DNA from: Diplonema japonicum
Lineage: Eukaryota > Protista > Euglenozoa: Diplonemea
Length of the DNA stretch: 64,000 bases
Reading direction: 5' to 3'
Assembly (NCBI GenBank): GCA_964019335.1
Contig: OZ025719.1
Coordinates: forward strand, 186,001 to 250,000
Program-made: the position numbers and the translations under genes
Shown here: piece by piece, positions 55,622-64,000 of the stretch
How the letters are laid out: each line of letters begins with the position of its first letter
Position numbering within the stretch: position 1 is the first letter of the stretch
The notes under the pieces: generated by a model
Told to the model about the DNA's origin: nothing
The model's database searches: none
The model's input: the letters and a program-made list of their open reading frames with translations, nothing else

Positions 55622-56653
55622 ATGTTGAAAAGGAAACACGAGGAGACGGATGCGAACGGCCTGCTGGTAATGGGAAACAAAGGGAAGGTAAACCACAACG
55701 AAGATTTGTGCAAGATCTTGGAGGAGATGGGGAGGATCGAGAAGAACAAGGGGTTGATACACAAATGGAAGGCGTACAGAGTCGCGACAGATAGTTTGAA
55801 AGGACTGGACCACAGGATCGCAAGCGGGGCTGAAGCGACGAAACTAGCAGGAGTCGGAGCAAGAATCGCCGCAAGAATCGACGAGATACTACAAACGGGG
55901 CAGCTGAACCAGTTAAACGACTACAACGAAGACCCCATTGTAAAAGCAACAAACTTGTTCACAGCCATAACAGGCGTGGGACCCAAAGGCGCCCATGTAT
56001 TTGTGGAAAAGGGATACAGAACTCTGGAAGACATTGTAAATTCGAACGAACCCCTAACAGGGCACCAAAAAATCGGTTTGAAGCACTACGATGACTTCTT
56101 GAAGAAAATCCCCTACAGTGAGGTCAAGCGGCTCATGACGGAAGCTGAAAATGGATGCAAACAAATCGATTCAAAACTTATCTTAACAGCATGCGGTAGC
56201 CACAGACGGGGGAAAAAAATGTCAGGGGACATAGATTGTCTCATGACGCACCCTTTAACAGGATTGGATTCCGGCGAGACTTACACATATCTGCGCAAGG
56301 TCTCTAAAAAACTGCGTGAAGTCGGGTTTATTATCGACACTATTAGCGAAGGCAGCACCAAGGTCATGGCAGTCTGTCAGCTCCCCTCCCTCCCCGCTAG
56401 ACGGATCGACATAAGGTGGGTTCCTTATGACAGCTATCCTACTGCTTTGCTTTACTTTACTGGGAGCAATGTTTTCAACACGACGATGCGGGCTACCGCG
56501 TTGAAAAAAGGGTACACTCTGAACGAATACGGATTGTACAAATGCGTGGCTAGAACGAACCTGAAGGAAGAGCGGGTCCACACGGAGACAGAAAAAGATG
56601 TTTTTGCCGCTCTGGGTATCAAGTATTGCCCTCCCGAGGAACGTGACGTTTAA
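55622..56653 (+). CDS. POLB: DNA polymerase beta (family X)
   Basis: 8-kDa lyase domain with HhH GVGARIA, GSHRRG, GDID, RRIDI, LLYFTGS, LNEYGL and PEER. Confidence 0.93.
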   Translation: MLKRKHEETDANGLLVMGNKGKVNHNEDLCKILEEMGRIEKNKGLIHKWKAYRVATDSLKGLDHRIASGAEATKLAGVGARIAARIDEILQTGQLNQLNDYNEDPIVKATNLFTAITGVGPKGAHVFVEKGYRTLEDIVNSNEPLTGHQKIGLKHYDDFLKKIPYSEVKRLMTEAENGCKQIDSKLILTACGSHRRGKKMSGDIDCLMTHPLTGLDSGETYTYLRKVSKKLREVGFIIDTISEGSTKVMAVCQLPSLPARRIDIRWVPYDSYPTALLYFTGSNVFNTTMRATALKKGYTLNEYGLYKCVARTNLKEERVHTETEKDVFAALGIKYCPPEERDV

Positions 56654-56746
56654 AAAAAATTTTTTTTTTGTTGTTGTTATTGTTGTTTACATCTATAAAA
56701 AAAAGAAAATTTAAAAAAAAAAAAAGAAGGGGGGAAGAAAAAAAAA

Positions 56747-57295
56747 ATGGTAGGCACTATTGAAGAACTTGATGACGCAGCACCTGATACGGAGTACGGG
56801 AAGAAAATAGTCTCGAACAACGGAGGCGAAAAAGAGTCTGGAGCGAAAAAGCAGTACAGGGGGATGTTCGAGGCGCACTTCATCGATTTTGTTATGTATG
56901 TGGTGGCCTTCTGTGCGGGTGCAGGGTGTCTCTACCTGGGGCTCTACTCCCCCAACGCCAGTGTATACAGAATGATGAAAATGAAGGTCCCGCAAGTTCC
57001 TCTTACACACGAAAAAATGGTTTGTTCCAGACTCAAAAAAAAAAAATCTTTTTTTTCGCAGCTCAAATTTGGTGCCTGGTGGGCCTTCTCTGCTGGCCTT
57101 GTGGGGTTCGGTGCTCTCGCCATGTTCATTAGTTTTATCGGGTTTTTGATTGCCTCGGTTTGTTTGGGAAGAAAAAGAAAAATGGAACAAACAAAAAAAA
57201 AAAAAAAAAAAAAACACACACAGCTGCGCTCTTTCAACAACCTGTTCCGTTCTGCTGCGGTTTGGCTGGCTAGCAAGAAGGAAAAAGTCGAGTAG
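56747..57295 (+). CDS. Small two-TM protein; probable in-frame introns 57020-57061 and 57158-57223
   Basis: Two hydrophobic segments. Two GTTTGT..CAG segments of 42 and 66 nt contain A runs that would otherwise encode poly-Lys. Confidence 0.65.
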   Translation: MVGTIEELDDAAPDTEYGKKIVSNNGGEKESGAKKQYRGMFEAHFIDFVMYVVAFCAGAGCLYLGLYSPNASVYRMMKMKVPQVPLTHEKMVCSRLKKKKSFFSQLKFGAWWAFSAGLVGFGALAMFISFIGFLIASVCLGRKRKMEQTKKKKKKKHTQLRSFNNLFRSAAVWLASKKEKVE

Positions 57296-57511
57296 TGGGA
57301 GCAGGGGAAAAAAAAAAAAGGGGGAAATATTTGACTTCAGAATCAGATTTTTCAAACCTCCGACCGAAGGGAATTAAAAAAAAGAAAACTAGTACAATAC
57401 GTACTCCCCCTTTTTTTTTTTTTTTTGTCTTTCCACAAACGAAGTTTAACATTTTCCTTGTAGTTAGCATGCATACACAACACCGACAGATTATTGAGGA
57501 AAAGAAAAACT

Positions 57512-59524
57512 ATGTTACTGCTTAGCCTACTGGCCATATGTACGGGGTCGACCTCCCCTGACTCGTCCTCTGTGTCCGTGAGAGCTGCAGTGAAGTCTGC
57601 ATCCGTGTTGGAGTCTCCCATCCCTCCAAGCTCTTGGTCGCCTGACTCTAGGGCACCCGTCTCAACAGTACCTGCCTCGATCCCTCCGAGCTCTTGGTCG
57701 CCTGTCTCCGTCACACCCTCATCATCGGTTCCCGTCTCGGTCCCTCCCAGCTCTTGGTCACCTAGCTCCGGGGCGCCTGTTTCGACCCCACCGAGCTCTT
57801 GGTCACCTGTCTCTGGGTCACCGGTTCCTGTCTCGGTCCCACCATCATCCGGGGCACCTGCTTCAACACCACCGAGCTCTTGGTCACCTGTCTCTGGCAC
57901 ACCTTCGTCACCGGTTCCTGTCTCGGTCCCACCAACATCCGGGTCACCTGTCTCTGGGGCACCTGCTTCAACACCACCGAGCTCTTGGTCACCAAACTCT
58001 GGGACACCCTCATCTTCAGTTCCTGTTTCTGTCCCACCAACATCCGGGTCACCTATCTCTGGGGCACCGTCATCAGTTCCTGTCTCGGTCCCTCTCAGCT
58101 CTTGGTCACCTGTTTCTGGGGCACCTGCTTCAACACCGCCGAGCTCTTGGTCACCGAACTCTGGGACACCCTCATCTTCAGTTCCCGTCTCGGTCCCGCC
58201 AACATCCGGGTCACCTATCTCTGGGGCACCCATCCCTCCCAGCTCTTGGTCACCGAACTCTGGGACACCTTCTACATCAGTTCCTGTTTCGGTCCCACCA
58301 ACATCCGGGTCACCTGTTTCTGGGGCACCTGCTTCAACACCACCGAGCTCTTGGTCACCAAACTCTGGGACACCCTCATCTTTAGTTCCTGTCTCTGTCC
58401 CACCAACATCCGGGTCACCTGTCTCTGGGGCACCGTCATCAGTTCCCGTCTCGGTCCCTCCCAGCTCTTGGTCACCTAACTCCGGGGCACCTGTTTCGAC
58501 TCCACCGAGCTCTTGGTCACCTGCCTCTGGGTCACCTTCGTCACCGGTTCCTGTCTCGGTCCCACCAACATCCGGGTCGCCTGTCTCTGGGGCACCTGCT
58601 TCAACACCACCGAGCTCTTGGTCACCGAACTCTGGGACACCCTCATCTTCAGTTCCCGTCTCGGTCCCGCCAACATCCGGGTCACCTATCTCTGGGGCAC
58701 CCATCCCTCCCAGCTCTTGGTCACCGAACTCTGGGACACCTTCTACATCAGTTCCTGTTTCGGTCCCACCAACATCCGGGTCACCTGTCTCTGGAGCACC
58801 TTCATCAACACCACCGAGCTCATGGTCACCTGTCTCCGGGTCACCAACATCCTGGTCACCTGCTTCGACCCCTCCGTCGTGGTCACCTGACTCCGGCACA
58901 CCCTCATCATCAGTTCCTGTCTCTGTTGTTCCCATGCCTACCTCTGGACCTGCAAGCTCAGTGCCGAGCCCTTCGAACGGGCCTGTGTCTGGGATGCCTG
59001 TGACTTCTGGGGTCCCTCCCAGCTCTTGGTCGCCAAACTCTGGGGCACCATCTCCAGTTCCTGTCTCGGTCCCACCTACATCCGGGTCGCCTGTCTCTGG
59101 GGCACCGTCATCAGCACCCGCCTCGATCCCTCCTAGCTCTTGGTCACCGGATTCCAGAGCACCCACTTCGACATCGGTCCCTCCGATCTCTGAGTCGCCC
59201 GCTTCGGGTGTCACAGGGTCGCCTGCACCGCTCACTGCAGGCCCAGGGACTGGAACGCCGAGAACGGTGTCGCCACCAGTGACCTTCGCTCCTGGGACAC
59301 CTACTCCCTCCTCTCCTCTGGCAGGGCCGCAAAAGCAGAGGGGAAGCGAGTCCTCGATGGACGGCGGGAAGATTGCTGTTGTGACTGCGTCTGTGGCAGG
59401 GCTGCTCGTTGTTGGTGCAGTCGCCTTCACCGTCTACCGCAGGACACGAGCCTTGCAGTACTACGCAGCCATCAACCTGGAACCAGGGACCCCCTACGAT
59501 GAGATGGAGCGGGCACTGGAGTGA
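57512..59524 (+). CDS. Mucin-like Ser/Pro/Thr-rich type I membrane protein
   Basis: Signal peptide MLLLSLLAICTG, many PPSSWSP / VPVSVPPTSGSP repeats, a C-terminal TM segment IAVVTASVAGLLVVGAVAFTVY followed by RR, and a short Tyr-containing tail. Confidence 0.85.
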   Translation: MLLLSLLAICTGSTSPDSSSVSVRAAVKSASVLESPIPPSSWSPDSRAPVSTVPASIPPSSWSPVSVTPSSSVPVSVPPSSWSPSSGAPVSTPPSSWSPVSGSPVPVSVPPSSGAPASTPPSSWSPVSGTPSSPVPVSVPPTSGSPVSGAPASTPPSSWSPNSGTPSSSVPVSVPPTSGSPISGAPSSVPVSVPLSSWSPVSGAPASTPPSSWSPNSGTPSSSVPVSVPPTSGSPISGAPIPPSSWSPNSGTPSTSVPVSVPPTSGSPVSGAPASTPPSSWSPNSGTPSSLVPVSVPPTSGSPVSGAPSSVPVSVPPSSWSPNSGAPVSTPPSSWSPASGSPSSPVPVSVPPTSGSPVSGAPASTPPSSWSPNSGTPSSSVPVSVPPTSGSPISGAPIPPSSWSPNSGTPSTSVPVSVPPTSGSPVSGAPSSTPPSSWSPVSGSPTSWSPASTPPSWSPDSGTPSSSVPVSVVPMPTSGPASSVPSPSNGPVSGMPVTSGVPPSSWSPNSGAPSPVPVSVPPTSGSPVSGAPSSAPASIPPSSWSPDSRAPTSTSVPPISESPASGVTGSPAPLTAGPGTGTPRTVSPPVTFAPGTPTPSSPLAGPQKQRGSESSMDGGKIAVVTASVAGLLVVGAVAFTVYRRTRALQYYAAINLEPGTPYDEMERALE

Positions 59525-60263
59525 GCAGCACACCCCTTCACAGGCACCTGGTCCTTTAAACCTAGGGAAGGAACAAGCAGCAACAAAGAAAAAAAAAAAA
59601 AAAAACTGTCAGAACCTACTTTAAGAGTAACAACCGCAAACACGACAAGGCAAATTTTGATTTTGCATTGTGTCACATTTTCGCGGGGTTTCTCTTGAAA
59701 CAATAGTGAACAAAAACCCCCACCCACCCACCCACCCAGGTCAAGCTGTATTAGACACCTTGGTCCACGTCACCATTCATGTTCTATTTGGGAGGGTAAT
59801 CCCCGTATCCCATTCCGCGTGAAATATTCCCCATGATTACAACATCCTAGTTCGGGGCGACTTCTCTCAGTGCCCCTATCTTCTTTATTTACCCTGTTTC
59901 TTATAAAAATGCATAAAGCCCGTTCGTTGTACGTCGCTGTGCTTGTTATATTTCACTAGGGCACAAAAAACACGGATCAGTACGTCGGGAGGCAGCGGTT
60001 GCTTCCTCTTTTTCTTTGTTTCCTCTCTCAAGTTCCATTTTTCTTTTTCCTCTGTTCTTTTTTCTCCCCACGTCTCCACCTTTTTTTAGAGCATTGCACA
60101 ATCCTCTTCAGTATAGAGGCTGCATGCTCGCAGGGGCTGACCTTACTCGTTTTATTCAATATTCATTTTCTTTTTCTTTTTTAAAGCTCCTTTTTTTTCA
60201 CTCTTATAACACACCCCCCGACAGGCTATTCACAGCACGCTTCTTTTATAAATTCTAAAAAAG

Positions 60264-61073
60264 ATGAAGATGGACGGTCTTGTGTTCGTGGTGACGGGAG
60301 GAGCGTCCGGTCTCGGGGAGGCGGTTGTGAGGATGGTGATTGAGAACAACGGGCGGGCTGCGATCTGGGACATGAACACGAAGAGGGGGAATGCGCTTGC
60401 GGAGGAGCTGGGGGCGACGGAGAGGATCGCGGTGTGCAAGGTGAACGTGACGAGCGAGGAGGACGTGGACAAGGCGGTGGCGGCGACGGTGGAGAAGTTC
60501 GGGCGGATCGACGTGTGCGTGAACTCCGCCGGAGTAGGAGGGGCGTGCCTCACTGTGAACAGGAAGGGAGAGGCGCACGGGGTGAAGGCCTACGAGAGAA
60601 TCGTGGCGATCAACCTGATGGGGACCTTCCTGTGCGCGTCGCGTTGCGCGGCGCAGATGTCGAAGCAGGAGGTGAACGACGAGGGGGGCAGGGGCCTCAT
60701 CGTCAACATCTCGTCGGTGGCGGCGATGGACGGGCAGAATGGTCAGCTCGCCTACAGCGCCTCGAAGGCGGGGGTGGTCGGGATGACCCTCCCCATGGCA
60801 CGCGACCTCTCCAAGATGGGGATCCGCGTCAACACGATCTGCCCGGGGATCTTCGACACCCCGCTCGTCGGGGCGAAGAAGCCTGTCGACAACCGCGACG
60901 TCCAGAAGCTCGGCCGCGTTCAGCAGTCCCTCCTCAGCGGGCAGCTCTTCCCCAACTCCCGCTTCGGCCGCCCCTCCGAGATCGCCCAGCTCATCAAGGC
61001 CATGGCTGAGATCACCTACTTCAACGCTGAGACCGTCCGCCTCGACGCAGGTATCAGGATGCCCAAGCTTTGA
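60264..61073 (+). CDS. HSD17B10: 3-hydroxyacyl-CoA dehydrogenase type 2 (SDR family)
   Basis: TGGASGLG, VNSAG, YSASK, MTLPMARDL, TICPGIFDTP and RLDAGIRM. Confidence 0.93.
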   Translation: MKMDGLVFVVTGGASGLGEAVVRMVIENNGRAAIWDMNTKRGNALAEELGATERIAVCKVNVTSEEDVDKAVAATVEKFGRIDVCVNSAGVGGACLTVNRKGEAHGVKAYERIVAINLMGTFLCASRCAAQMSKQEVNDEGGRGLIVNISSVAAMDGQNGQLAYSASKAGVVGMTLPMARDLSKMGIRVNTICPGIFDTPLVGAKKPVDNRDVQKLGRVQQSLLSGQLFPNSRFGRPSEIAQLIKAMAEITYFNAETVRLDAGIRMPKL

Positions 61074-61230
61074 AGTGGGTGAGATGAAAGGGGGGAAAGA
61101 AGATTTTTTTGTGTCTCAAAGGTAGAATGCTCACCTTGGTCGCATGCGCAAAAAGTTGTGGCCCGTTGAAACACAAGGAAAAAAAGGGGGGGAGGGGGGA
61201 AAGAAACATGCCTTTCGAAAAAGAATAACT

Positions 61231-62053
61231 ATTGATTTATGAAAAATAAAGTAGACTTTATTTCCCGCGGCTGATAATCTGTCCCAAGGGGGTGATTTTC
61301 CCTCGCTTTGCTCGTGAAAATCAAATTCCGAGGGACAGATTATCAGCCAAGGGAAAGAGTAAGTCCACTAATTCATGAATACGTAATTTTATTTATTTTC
61401 TGGTTCCCGATGGCACTCCCCAAAACCCCCAAAGCCAGGAAGTCCACTGCGAGGATTTGACGTAACATCAAAACAGGGGGTTGCTTGCACTGCTCGTCCA
61501 CGCCTTCGGCACGGCAGTCAACCTGGGCCAGTCTTGCAATTTTGTGCTTCTGCTCCATGGTATGGTTCAGGCGGCTATAAAGGGACCAGTGGCTCGACGG
61601 CTTAGCCCTCCTTTGTACAGGGCATCGAACTTCGTTATCATGTCAGCCTCCCTGGGCTTTCTGGTGCGGATGCGGCTGAACCCGATGGGAACTCCCTGAG
61701 GAACCTGGGTGCACCAGCGACGCATGGCCCCTGTTCTCGTCCACCCAAACAGCTCCCTACTTAGAGGGGCTGCGAGTGATGTTCTTACCGCAGATGCCAT
61801 CCATGACTAAAAGGCAAACCCCGACAGGCAACACCAAGATGCAACAGCAGAATGGTGACAGGCACGTGTAGGATCCCTGTCCACGGTGGGCACCAACCAT
61901 GGCACAAATACCGCAGAAATTTGTTGATTTCTGGCCTCTTTTCTGAAGCCATTTTCACAAATCTGCAGAAAACATGAGGGAAGAAATAAAGTAGGGAAAT
62001 ATGGAAAACTTTCCCGGCTCTAGCCAAAATCCCATCCAGAAAATAAATAAAAT
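61231..62053. mobile_element. Second hairpin plus inverted-repeat (Crypton-like) element, containing a retroelement fragment
   Basis: Fold-back with a perfect GGCTGATAATCTGTCCC / GGGACAGATTATCAGCC stem around CTCGCTTTGCTCGTG. ATTTTATTTATTTTCTGG (61386-61403) is the exact reverse complement of 62036-62053. Confidence 0.7.
61691..61918 (+). mobile_element. Retroelement 3' fragment homologous to 8836-9071
   Basis: High nucleotide identity, for example GCAGAATGGTGACAGGCACGTGTAGGATCCC.GTCCACGGTGGGCACCAACCA in both copies. Confidence 0.85.
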
Positions 62054-62408
62054 AGAAAACTTTTCTTTTTGCTTGGAGCCAACACCGACCTCCTTAACTC
62101 TTATATATTTCTTCTTGGGCACCCCATGCACACTGAAATTTTATCGAGTTTCTTTTCCTTTTTGTTCGGCTTTCATCATTCTGCAGGATAAAGAACACCG
62201 ATTTTTGCATGAAAGTCGCCAACTCTTTCTGTTCTCTGAAAGCCTGAAAGGTTCATCATCACCCACCACTGTGATATTGATCTTTTCCTAAACGTTTATT
62301 TATTCGCTTTTTACTTCTTTTTTTTTTTGATTTCTCCTTTTTTATTCCCACAAAACGTCCGTTGGACTGCATCGCGAGCTTTCAGATTCACACAAACACA
62401 ACATAAAC

Positions 62409-64000
62409 ATGAAGTTATTTGCAGTGCTTGCGCTGCTTTCGGCAGGCTCTATGGCGAATGTGACCCCTTTGCCACCAACCAGTGCCCCTTCTACTTATGC
62501 CCCACCGACCAATGCCCCTTCTACTTATGCACCACCGACCAGTGCCCCTTCTACTTCTGCGCCGGGTTCACCTGTTACTTATGCACCACCGACCAGTGCC
62601 CCTTCTACTTATGCACCACCGACCAATGCCCCTTCTACTTCTGCGCCGGGTTCACCTGTTACTTACGCACCACCGACCAGTGCCCCTTCTACTTCTGCGC
62701 CGGGTTCACCTGTTACTTATGCACCACCGACCAGTGCCCCTTCTACTTACGCCCCACCGACCAGTGCCCCTTCTACTTATGCCCCACCGACCAGTGCCCC
62801 TTCTACTTCTGCGCCGGGTTCACCTGTTACTTACGCACCACCGACCAGTGCACCACCGACCAGTGCCCCTTCTACTTCTGCGCCGGGTTCACCTGTTACT
62901 TATGCACCACCGACCAGTGCCCCTTCTACTTCTGCGCCGGGTTCACCTGTTACTTATGCACCACCGACCAGTGCCCCTTCTACTTCTGCGCCGGGTTCAC
63001 CTGTTACTTATGCACCACCGACCAGTGCCCCTTCTACTTCTGCGCCGGGTTCACCTGTTACTTATGCACCACCGACCAGTGCCCCTTCTACTTATGCACC
63101 ACCGACCAATGCCCCTTCTACTTACGCACCACCGACCAGTGCCCCTTCTACTTCTGCGCCGGGTTCACCTGTTACTTATACACCACCGACCAGTGCCCCT
63201 TCTACTTATGCACCACCGACCAATGCCCCTTCTACTTATGCACCACCGACCAGTGCCCCTTCTACTTATGCCCCACCAACCAATGCCCCTTCTACTTATG
63301 CACCACCGACCAGTGCCCCTTCTACTTCTGCGCCGGGTTCACCTGTTACTTATGCACCACCGACCAGTGCCCCTTCTACTTATGCACCACCGACCAATGC
63401 CCCTTCTACTTATGCCCCACCAACCAATGCCCCTTCTACTTATGCACCACCGACCAGTGCCCCTTCTACTTCTGCGCCGGATTCACCTGTTACTTACGCA
63501 CCACCGACCAATGCCCCTTCTACTTATGCCCCACCTACCAGCCGTGTCCCAACCGGTTCCCCTGGTGCACTCGTTACTTCTGCCCCTTCTACTTACGCCC
63601 CACCGACCAGTGCCACCTCGTCAAGCGCACCCGTTCCGATGTCTTCTTCTGGTCCTGCTACACCTATTCCGCCAACCAGCGTCACCGGTTCACCCGCCAC
63701 TTCTGCTCCTGCTAGCAAGATGCCAAGCCCTTCGAACGGACCTGTGACATCAAGCCCGGCCTCTGGTGCCCCCAGGCCTTCTTCTGGTCCTGTCACACCT
63801 TCTGTCGCGCCACCAACCAGCGCCCCTTCGTCTGGTGCGCCTATTCCTACCTCTGGTCCTGCGAGCAAGATTCCGATGCCTTCTTCTGGTCCTGCGACGC
63901 CTCTTCCGCCAACCAGCGTTACCGGTTCACCCGCCACTTCTGCTCCTGCAAGCAAGATGCCAAGCCCTTCGAACGGACCTGTCTCATCAAGCCCGGCCTC
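62409..64000 (+). CDS. Secreted or surface mucin-like Pro/Thr/Ser/Tyr repeat protein, running off the window end (not in the ORF track)
   Basis: ATG 62409 gives MKLFAVLALLSAGSMA (signal peptide), then PPTSAPSTYA / PSTSAPGSPVTYA repeats. It shares PSPSNGPV with the 57512 gene. Confidence 0.85.
   Translation, partial: MKLFAVLALLSAGSMANVTPLPPTSAPSTYAPPTNAPSTYAPPTSAPSTSAPGSPVTYAPPTSAPSTYAPPTNAPSTSAPGSPVTYAPPTSAPSTSAPGSPVTYAPPTSAPSTYAPPTSAPSTYAPPTSAPSTSAPGSPVTYAPPTSAPPTSAPSTSAPGSPVTYAPPTSAPSTSAPGSPVTYAPPTSAPSTSAPGSPVTYAPPTSAPSTSAPGSPVTYAPPTSAPSTYAPPTNAPSTYAPPTSAPSTSAPGSPVTYTPPTSAPSTYAPPTNAPSTYAPPTSAPSTYAPPTNAPSTYAPPTSAPSTSAPGSPVTYAPPTSAPSTYAPPTNAPSTYAPPTNAPSTYAPPTSAPSTSAPDSPVTYAPPTNAPSTYAPPTSRVPTGSPGALVTSAPSTYAPPTSATSSSAPVPMSSSGPATPIPPTSVTGSPATSAPASKMPSPSNGPVTSSPASGAPRPSSGPVTPSVAPPTSAPSSGAPIPTSGPASKIPMPSSGPATPLPPTSVTGSPATSAPASKMPSPSNGPVSSSPA

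Noticed and set aside
57352-59430. 692-aa minus-strand Gly/Glu/Asp-rich ORF
   Set aside because: Antisense shadow of the Ser/Pro repeat gene, which has a signal peptide and a TM segment on the + strand.
62327-63747. Cys-rich (TDQCPFY) 462-aa ORF and His/Leu-rich 421-aa ORF
   Set aside because: These are alternative frames of a stop-free tandem repeat. The third frame from ATG 62409 has a signal peptide and matches the neighbouring mucin gene.

Overview
Eukaryotic nuclear DNA, not prokaryotic. About 25 protein-coding genes all lie on the + strand, head-to-tail, some only 70-120 nt apart, separated by long T, A, G and C homopolymer tracts. Eight genes contain small (35-66 nt) GT-AG introns that I reconstructed by hand. 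This layout fits a polycistronically transcribed, trans-splicing protist that still uses cis-introns, most plausibly a diplonemid-type euglenozoan (inference, not proven). Housekeeping genes include an amino-acid transporter, ERMP1, VPS39, an ABCF ATPase, a Kv channel, purple acid phosphatase, PP1 inhibitor-3, DNA polymerase beta and HSD17B10. Less ordinary features are: a compact NYN/NYN/ankyrin gene island; a RING-less MAT1; a polyQ/H protein with a hidden C-terminal CID-like domain; a CCR4/nocturnin-type nuclease fused to two CCCH fingers; a STAND/APAF1-like protein lacking its NTPase; two mucin-like surface proteins; five paralogous box C/D snoRNAs; LINE relics embedded in T tracts; two hairpin-plus-inverted-repeat (Crypton-like) elements; a hAT-derived element; and several TA-flanked MITEs. 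All family assignments come from motif recognition by eye, and homopolymer lengths may be affected by sequencing error.
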